A stretch of 64,000 nt of DNA, taken from Chloroflexota bacterium (lineage in GTDB: Bacteria > Chloroflexota > Dehalococcoidia > Lucifugimonadales > JADFKI01). Position numbers and translations under genes: made by a program. Of the stretch, positions 9,495 to 19,300 are shown piece by piece; within the stretch, counting starts at the first letter, position 1; each line of letters starts with the position of its first letter. The stretch covers positions 101 through 64,100 of the forward strand of contig VXNZ01000019.1 in NCBI GenBank assembly GCA_009840355.1, in the 5' to 3' direction. The notes below the pieces were generated by a model. It was not told the origin of the DNA and ran no database searches. It saw nothing but the letters and a program-made list of their open reading frames with translations.

Positions 9495-10386
9495 TCGCGC
9501 GGACGGCAGGGTTGCATTGACGCGCGAGATTACCTGCAATGGGACACCATAAGCAACCAAGTTCGTGGAGAAGGGTGACTAGATTGGACTGTCGAGAATC
9601 CTTGCTGGTTGAAGGGGGACATGTCTGCGGCATAGAATGGCACCGAAGTCCACGATCAGGAGACATAAGTTGCTCGACGACTAGATGACGCCGGATGCGC
9701 TTGCCGTTCCCTGGTGGAAAGTGCTTTAGAGCGACTATGTGATGGTGCCGCGACTCAATGAAGAAATGCGGTGCCAGCAAAGACTAGGCATAATTTGTCG
9801 GAATCATGTGCCCAAAAATCTGCTAGATGTACGTAAATGATGCGTAGAAGCTACACCGTCCAACAGGCTGAAACGCCGTGTTTTCGTTGAAGGGCGCCGC
9901 CTATGGGTTCCCACCAATCATGGAAGCGCAGCGAATCGCCATGAACGATATGGTCAGACACGCCTGCGAAATGTTCGGTCGTCGAATTGCCTGCCTACTG
10001 GATGTTGACGCTAATTTGAATGGCGACCCAGCGGAATCCACAGCCCGACATCTGCTGTCCCGTGCTTGGCACCCTGGACTACTGTGTGGATCATGGCGGA
10101 CTGGACGCTCCAGATGGTCGGACCGCTGTGGAAGGCTATCTTGGACCGTCGCCGGAAGAGAACCCTGCGTTGATACCGCCACACGCGTTCTGCGTGGTTA
10201 CTGCCACCACGTGAGGTTCTTCCGTGTGGCTGTTTCTGCGCCCTAAGGGAATGCGATTCGCGTGCAAAGTAGATGCTAGAATTATTGATTGCAGCTATCT
10301 ATGTATGCTTTACCCAACAAATATGTCGTGCTACACTTCTGTATCCAAGATTGCATTAAGATAAGTCTCAGTTTAAGAAAGGGCTT

Positions 10387-13300
10387 ATGACCACTCCGAA
10401 TGACTTCTCAAGCTCCTTAAGTCAGAAAGTTGCAGAATCTTCCGGCGGAAGAGAGGGCGTGTTACGAAACAGGGAACCGATAGCGATTGTGGGCATGGCG
10501 TGCCGATTTCCTGGCGCGGAGAACCTCGATGCCTTCTGGCAGCTACTGGAAGAAGGCGGAAACTCCGTAACAGAGGGAGTCCCCGGCTCCGGCGTTGGAA
10601 GGCTGGCAGATGTAATCCGAGACCCATCGGTCCAACTGGAGGCTTGCCGATACGGCGCCTTCGTGGACGATATTGATATGTTCGATGCGGCGTTCTTCCG
10701 CATCTCGCCTGTCGAGGCGGAATTGCTGGACCCGCAGCAGCGCATGATGCTGGAAACCAGCTGGGAGGCGCTTGAGGACGCGGGAATCGACCCGCTGAAG
10801 CTGAAGCACAGTCTCACCGGCATGTACACCGGAATCAGCAACGACGAGTACCGTATGCTGGTGCTGGACACGAGCCGCCCGACGGAGGCTGCGGGAAGCC
10901 TGTACGCGCTCAGCGGCACAAATCTTAACGGCACGGCAGGGCGTGTCTCTTTCGTGCTGGGTCTGATGGGGCCGGCGAAAGCGGTGGACGCCGCCTGCGC
11001 TTCTGCGCTCGTAGCCGTGAATGATGCGGTGTCGGACCTTCAGCAGGGGAAAGCCGACCTAGCCATCGCCGCCGGGGTGCAGGCAATTCTGAACGGCCGC
11101 ATTTACGAGCTTCGCGCGGAGGCAATGATGCTGTCCCCTGAAGGGCAGTGCAAGACATTCGATGCCTCAGCCGACGGGTATGTGCGGGGCGAGGGATGCG
11201 GAGTCATCGTACTGAAGCGGCTGTCCGACGCTGAGCGCGACGGCGACCGAATATGGGCGGTCATCAAGGGTTCTGCCGTCAACCACGGCGGGGACAGCGT
11301 TGGGTTGACCGTACCGAATCCTCCGGCGCTGAAACAGGTGATGGAAATAGCATTGTCGGACGCAGGCGTAAGCCCGTCGGATGTGGATTTCCTCGAAGCG
11401 CACGGAACGGGAACTGCGGTTGGCGATCCGATAGAGCTTGAAGCCGTTTCTGAGGTCTATTGCAATGGACGCACGGCTGACAACCCGCTCCTTATCGGCT
11501 CAGTGAAGACGAACATCGGGCACCTTGAATCCGCCGCGGGAATCGCCGGACTGATCAAGGCGGCGCTGGCATTGAAGCACCGCATTATACCGAAGCAGCT
11601 GCATTTCAACGACCCCAACCCGCGTGTTGACTGGGACAATCTGCCGCTCAAAGTGACAACGGAGCACGTTGACTGGCAGCGCCGGGGCGACCGTCCCAGG
11701 GTGGCAGGAGTGAACTGCTTTGGGATATCCGGCACGAACTCCCACATTGTGATGGAGGAGTACACCGACACCGAGACGGAGACTTCACAGGATATTTTGA
11801 TTGCAGGCTCGGCGCAGAAGGTCGCTGTTTCATTGCCCGCATCTGTACCAGACCTGCGAGCGCCGGACGGTGAGCTTGAGCAGCGCCGGACACGTTTCCT
11901 GCCCCTTTCGGGCAAGTCAGACGGCGCGCTGCGAGACCTCGCCAGGCGGTATCTGTCGTGGCTCGATGAACGGCAGGCCCATATCTCTTCCGACGGCGTC
12001 GCATCGGGTCCGATGCTGTCGGACATGTCATGGGCGGCGGGCGTAGGTCGCAGCCACTTCGAGCGACGCGCGGGGGCAGTGTTCCGAGACGCTGCGTCAC
12101 TGCGGGCATGTCTGAGTGATCTTGCCGAATCCGACACGACCGTTGAACCCCAAACGGCGAACAAGGTAGCATTCATCTACACTGGACAGGGCAGCCAGTG
12201 GGTCGGGATGGGACAGGCGCTTTACGAGAGCGAGCCTGTGGCGCGGGCGGTGATGGACCGCTGCGAGGAAGTGTTCAGGCAGGTCAGGGGCGTGTCGCTG
12301 CTGGATGTGATGTTCGGGCGGAACGGCGCGAACGAAAATCTGGGCGACACGGCTTGGGAGCAGCCCGCACTTTATACTTTGGAGTGCGCGCTGACCGCGC
12401 TCTGGTCGAGCGTGGGCGTGCGCCCAAGTGTGGTGCTGGGGCATAGCGTTGGCGAAATTGCCGCAGCGCAGGCCGCAGGCGTTTTCAGCCTCGAAGACGG
12501 AATGAGGTTTGCCGCCGCGCGCGGCGCGCTGATGTCGCAGATGGAATACGGCACTATGGCTGCCATATTCGCGCCGCCCGAGCAGGTGGCGGCGGAGGTT
12601 GAAGCGCACAACGCAGCGTCTGACGGCGTTGGATTGAGCGTTGCAGCAGACAACGGTGCGCATCAGGTGGTCAGCGGGCCCGTTGAGGACATCGCAGCCA
12701 TCGTCGAGCGATTCGAGACGCTTGAAATTCGCGCTCGGCGATTGAACACGAGCAAGGCGTTCCACAGCGCCCTGGTCAATCCGATCCTGAGGGGACTGGA
12801 AGACGCGCTGAGCGGTCTGGAAATTAAGTCTCCCACGCTGACTGTTGTCAGCAACCTGACGGGGCGTGCAGTAGAGCCGGGCATGGCGCTGGACGTAGAA
12901 TACTGGAAGCGACATGCCCGTGAAGCAGTTGCATTCGCCAGCGGCGTAAGGGCAATGGCGGCAGAGGGTGTTGATGTTGTGGTGGAGATTGGGCCGCACG
13001 ACATTCTCGGCACGATGGCGACTCTTGCATGGCCATCCGAAGACGCATCCGGTCCGCCGCCGGCGTTAGCCAGCCTGCGCCGACCTCTGAGGGACGGTTC
13101 ATCCCCGGAGCCGGAGAGCAGTTTCATAGACGCGGTCGCCGCAGCATACGAAGCGGGACTGGACATATCCTTCGAGGGGCTGTTTGCGGGAGAGAAGCGT
13201 CGCCGGATCTCGCTGCCGAGCTACCCGTTCCAGCGCGAACGCTATTGGGCGGAGCAGACAAGGCAGCGCCGTCAGAGCGCGGGGCATCCGCTGCTGGGCG

Positions 13301-16300
13301 AGCGGCACGAGTCGGCTCGTGGCGAGATTATGTATGAGACGGAAGTGTTCCCGTCAGACCCGGCATGGCTGAACGACCACCGCGTATTCGGGCGGCTGGT
13401 AGCGCCGGGCGCGCTGTACGGGGCAATGGCGACTTCTGCGACGCTCGCCGAAGGAAGCGGCCCGATTGTCGTCGAAGACTTTCAGCTGCACAATCCGCTT
13501 GTCTTCGCCGAGAGTGATTCGGATGACGGCTCGAATGAACCGGGCAGGACTGTTCAGGTCGTACTGGATGATTCCGAGCAGGTCGCGTCAAGCAGCGTCC
13601 AGATATTCAGCAAGGGCGCTGAAAACGAATGGATTCTGCACATTGAAGGGCGTGTGTCGTCAGGGGCACAGGCGCCGGAAGCCGGAGGGCGAGTTGACCT
13701 CGATGCGCTGAAGGCCCGGCTTTCGCCTGCGGATGTGCCAGACTACTACCGCGCAAAGGCTGACACGGGAATCAACCTGGGGCCGTTCTTCCGCACGCTG
13801 GGGAATGTCTGGTCCGCGCCGGGTGAGGCGCTGGGCGAAGTGATTCTGCCGGAAGCGGCGGGGCGCAACGACCTTGATGTGCATCCGCTGGTGATGGACG
13901 GCTGCTTCCAGGTCGTCGGTGTGGCGCGGAATATGACGGGCGCGCCGGGTGAGGCGACATATCTGCCGTTCGGCTGGGAAAGATTCTGGCTGACGAGGCA
14001 GATGCCGGACAAGTTGCTCTGCCACGTAATCATGAGCGAGTCATCCGTGGCATCGGACCCCGAATCGGAGGAGCAGCCTGAAGTCCTGAGCGGGGAGATG
14101 CGGATTTACGATCTGAGCGGTGTTCTCATCGGCGGATTTACAGGCTACACGGTGAAGCGCGCCACGCGCGCCGCTCTGCTTTCGGCGTTCGAGGGCGTTG
14201 ACGACCTACTCTACGAGATTGACTGGCGAGACCGCCCTCTTGAATCCGGGCTTATGTCCGCCGATTTCTTCCCGCGACCGTCTGTTGTCGCTGATAGTTC
14301 GGAACTATTCCCCGAATATCTCACCGGCGCAGGAGTCGATCCGCAGGGCAGGAACGAGCTGCTCGCGGACATGGAGTGGTGGTCGCGTTCTTACGCGCTC
14401 CGAACGCTGGAGAAGCTCGGTTGGCGGCGCACACCGGGCGATATATTCAAGCACAATGAGCTGCGAGAAGAACTGAATGTCAACCCTGAGCACAACCGCC
14501 TCTTTCTGAGGATGCTGGAAATGCTTGCCCAGTCCGAGGTGCTTGAGCAGAGGGATGAGGGCTTTCTGGTGCTGGTTGGCGAGGGCGAGCCGCTTCCGGC
14601 CGGACTTACGGAAAGTCCAGAAGAGTTCGACAAGCAGATGGTCGAGAAGTATCCGCATGGCCTGACCGAGACAGGGCTTTTCAGGCGATCCGGCGCGGCG
14701 CTGGCGGACGTGCTTCGTGGTCAGGAAGACCCGCTGACACTGCTGTTCAGCAGCGGCGAACCGACGGCGGCAGACCTGTACTTGAAAGCACCGGTCGCAC
14801 GCGCGGCGAACCGCATGCTCGCGGAGGCAATGCGTGAACTTATCGCCCGACTTCCTGAAGACAGAAGATTGCGGATTGTAGAGATTGGCGCCGGCACGGG
14901 TTCGGCGACCGCTTCTGTGCTGCCGGAACTACCGGAAGGTCGGTTCGACTACGTGTACACGGACATCTCGGCAGGCTTCTTCGCGGAGGCTGAGGCAAGG
15001 TTCGGTGATGGGGACGGCTGCATCGAGTACCGCACTCTGGACATCGAGAAAGACCCAATCGCGCAGGGCTTCGACGCGCACGGATACGACATAGTGCTCG
15101 CCTCGAATGTGTTGCACGCGACACGCTATCTACAGGAGACGCTGGGGCACTGCCGCGACCTGCTCTCGCCGTCCGGTCAACTGGTCGCTCTGGAGAACCT
15201 GCGCGGGCTGGGCTGGATGGACCTCACATTCGGTCAGCTTGACGGCTGGTGGCGGTTTGCTGACGATTACCGCCCGCACCACGCTCTAGCTACTCCCGCA
15301 ATCTGGCGTCAGGCGCTAGGGGATGTGGGATTTGTGGAGGTCGAGGTACTTGGCGTTGACGATTCGTTCACGCACGAAATGCTGGACAAGGGCGTGATAG
15401 TAGCGCAGGGGCCCGCTCAGGTAACGGAGCAGCCGGGCGTGTGGGTTCTTGCGGGCGACAAGGGCGGGTTCGCTGAAGAACTCGTAGAGGCAATGGCAGC
15501 GCGGAACCAAACGGTCGTGCTTGGCGACAGCGGCGAGGCCCGCGAGTCGTGGCAATCTCTGATTGAGGGACTGCCCGAAGACGCGCCGTTCAAGGGCGTG
15601 GTGTATCTGGAAGCCCTTCAAGGTCATGGAGCGCAGGCTACAACTGGCGAGATCGCGGAGGATGTGAAGCGTGTCGGCGCCAGGGCGCTTGCGATGGTGC
15701 AAGGACTGTCTGACTCTGACGTGATACCGGAAAATGGCGTCTGGTTCATAACGCGTGGCGCGCAGGTTCTGGAGCGTGAGCTTACGGGCGAGTTGGCGGG
15801 CGCGACGCTATGGGGGCTGGGAAAAGTCGTTACGCTTGAAGCGCCCCATTTGCAACCACGAATGATAGACCTCGATCCCATAGTGGCCAATTCGCTATCA
15901 GGCCTCGTGAACGACCTGATGTACCCGGACCATGAGAACCATATTGCGTATCGCTTGGGTCGCCGGATGGCTGCTCGCCTTGTACGTCCGGACACCACAT
16001 CGGAGCGCCTGACACTGCCGGAGAACTCGGAATGGGTGCTTGCGCCGCACCGGGATGGCGTGTTCGACAAGCCGGAAATCAAGGCGCTTCCCATCCGCAC
16101 ACTGGAACCGAGAGAAGTTCTGGTATCGGTCGAAGCCACAGGACTGAACTTCTGGGACGTGTTCCGCTCGCTGGGCTTCATTGAAGACGGAGACCTAGGT
16201 AGAGAGCTGTGCGGTTATGTCCTCGATATTGGCTCGGATGTGACAAATGTATCCATCGGCGACCGCGTAGTTGGGCTGGGCTTTGGCGCTTTCGCGCCTG

Positions 16301-19300
16301 AAATGGTCACGCACTCGGAACTGGTTGCGCCCGCGCTGGACGGCATATCCGTGTCGAGCCTTGCCACGATCCCCAGCGCGTTCGTGTCGGCGGCGCTCTC
16401 ATACCATTACTCCGGTCTTGAACCCGGCGACCGCGTGCTCATTCACGCAGGATCGGGAGGCGTGGGGCTGGCAGCAATTCAGCTGGCGCAGGCCGCGGGC
16501 GCTGAGGTGTTCGCTACCGCGAGCGCACCCAAGCAGGCATATTTGCGCTCACTGAGCGTCGAGCATATATACGACAGCAGACAGACCAAGTTCGGTGAGG
16601 AGATACTTGCTGACACGGGCGGCGAGGGTATCCACGTGGTGCTTAACAGCCTGACGAGTGAAGGATTCATCGACGCCAGCCTGGCCTGCCTCGCTGAGGG
16701 CGGGCGATTCGTGGAGCTTGCGAGACGCGACATCCTCACCCACGAAGAAATGGCAGAGCTGCGTCCGGATGTGAAGTACGACATCCTCGAACTGGATGTA
16801 CTGAAAAAGACCGAACCGGAGTGGGTCGGGGAAGTGCTGCGCGAAGTTATGGCGGGCATTTCGACGGGCAAACTGAAGCCGATTATCCACAGCAGGTGGC
16901 CGCTCGCCGAGGCAGGCGCTGCCCTGTCATTCATGCGCTCTGCGCGGCACATCGGCAAGATTGTGCTGACCCCGCCCTCGATCACGAACGGACAGGTGCG
17001 GCAGGATCGCACATACCTCGTCACAGGCGGTCTGGGTGGCATAGGAATCGCGGTTGCCGAATGGCTGGCAGACCACGGTGCCGGCACGATAGTGTTGAAC
17101 GGCCGCCGAGACGCTGATCCGGAGGCGCAGGTAGCCATCGAAGCTTTGCGTGGCCGCGGCATCAAAGTCGAGGTCGAACTGGCTGACATGACTGACACGG
17201 CGGCGATAGATGCGATGCTGGAGCGCATGGACGCGAACTATTCACCACTGGGCGGCGTGATTCACAGCGTTGGCGTGCTGTCGGACGCCGCGCTCACAAA
17301 TCAGAGCTGGGAAAGGTTCGAGCAGGTGCTATCCCCGAAGATTGTGGGGGCGTGGCACCTGCACCGCGCGACAATGGACCGCGACCTGGATATGTTCATC
17401 CTGTTCTCAAGCAGGGTCGGCGTTATGGGCAATCCGGGTCAGGCGAACCACGCCGCCGCCAATGCGTTCCTAGACCAGCTCGCCGGACATCGGCGCGCGC
17501 TGGGCCTGCCGGGGCAGGCGATTGCGTGGGGAGCGTGGTCAGAGATTGGCGAAGCCGCGGAGCAGCGGGAACGGATTGAGGAACGGCGTGCCGCACTCGG
17601 CGGACGCTGGTTTACGCCACAACAGGGTATCAGGGCACTGGAAAGGCTGGTGCGTGAGGACACCACTGCATCCGTGGTGATGTCAATGGACTGGTCGGTA
17701 TTCGAGGAAGCGGTCGAGGACCGTCCCGCGTTGCTGGAGGACATGCTGTCCTCACTGGCCGATGATGCAACCGACCCGGCATCGTCGGAAGACCTGCTGA
17801 CCCAATTGCGGGTAACGATTGCGCCCGTGGGCGAGCAGGAAGAACTGCTAGTGTCTTTCTTGCAGCAGGAGTTGCAGGCAGTGTTGAGGCTGTCAACGGC
17901 ACCGTCCCCGACGGTCGGGTTCTTCGACCTCGGCATGGACTCACTCATGGCAGTGGAGTTTCGGAATCGGCTGAACCGCGCATTTGCCGGCGAGTACACC
18001 GCATCCAATACTGTAGTCTTCGACTACCCGGACATTGCCAGCCTTGCGGGTCATCTCGCCGAAGAACTCGGTCAACTTGGCGATTCTCCGCCGGCACCTG
18101 AGCCAGCAGTTCCAGAAGAGCCTCAGCAGACCAGCAACGACGAAGACGGAATCGCGATCGTTGGTATGGCATGCCGCTTCCCGCAATCGAAGAACCTGTC
18201 AGAGTATTGGCAGCTATTGGAATCCGGCACTGACGCGGTTACTGACGGACGTCAGGGCAATGGGATTGCGCCTGATATGCGCGGTGCATTCATTGAGGAC
18301 ATCGAGTGGTTTGACTCACGCTTCTTTCGCATATCTCCGATGGAAGCTCGCATGATGGACCCGCAGCAGCGGATGATGCTTGAAACGAGCTGGGAGGCGC
18401 TTGAAGATGCGGGCATCGATCCTGACGGACTGCGAGGCAGCCAGACCGGGGTGTACGCCGGAATCGGCGGCAGCGAATACCGCGATGTGATAGAAAGCAG
18501 CGGCAAGTCAGGAAATTACCTTGGGACAAACGCGAGCGTAGCGGCAGGGCGGATAGCATTCGCTCTTGGTCTGGAAGGCCCCGCGATGGCAATCGATATG
18601 GCGTGCGCTTCGGCGCTTGCAGCAGTGCATCAGGCCGTATCCGGCTTGCAGCGCGGGGAAGTCGATCTTGCCCTTGCCGGAGGCGTCCATGTCGTGCTCT
18701 CGCCTTCCGTCTCGGACTTCATGACGGAGTTGGGCATTCTATCCAAGAGCGGGCAGTGCAGCCCCTTCGATGCGTCCGCAGACGGCTACGTGCGCGGCGA
18801 AGGGTGCGGCGTGATAGTGCTGAAGCGTCTGAGCGATGCGGAGGCGGACGGAGACCGGATATGGGGCGTCATCAGAGGCTCCGCCGTCAACCAGAACGGA
18901 GTGAGCGCGGGATTGACCGTTCCCAACGGCCAGGCGCAGGAGCGCGTCATGGAAGCCGCTCTTGCACAGGCGGGCTTCTCAGGAGCCGATGTTGACTATC
19001 TCGAAGCGCATGCCACAGGCTCGCAGCTGGGCGATGCAATTGAAGCGCATGCCATAGGCTCGGTGTACGGCAAGGACCGTGAAGCGGAACGACCTCTGCT
19101 GATGGGGACGGTGAAGTCCAACATCGGACATCTGGAAGCTGCGGCGGGAGTCGCAGGCGTTATCAAGACTGTGCTCGCCATGAAGCAGGGCGTCATTCCC
19201 AAGCATCTGCACTTCGATAACCCGAATCCGCAGATAGAGTGGGCTTCGATGCCCGTGCGGATAACTTCCGAGCAGACCGACTGGCCCAGACACGCCGATA

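Noticed and set aside
9409-10246. ORFs 9409-9780 (minus) and 9878-10246 (plus), plus nested ones, in the long PKS leader
   Set aside because: They have no RBS and no recognisable domain. The first overlaps the rluD 3' end. Codon usage looks unlike the neighbours. I kept the region as an unexplained non-coding stretch instead.
11457-12999. Several 170-300-aa minus-strand ORFs inside the PKS gene (11457-12176, 11648-12172, 12097-12999). Similar ones lie at 16479-17228, 17439-18008 and 15624-16181.
   Set aside because: They are antisense shadow ORFs typical of GC-rich coding DNA, with no recognisable domains. The plus frame carries unambiguous PKS motifs throughout.
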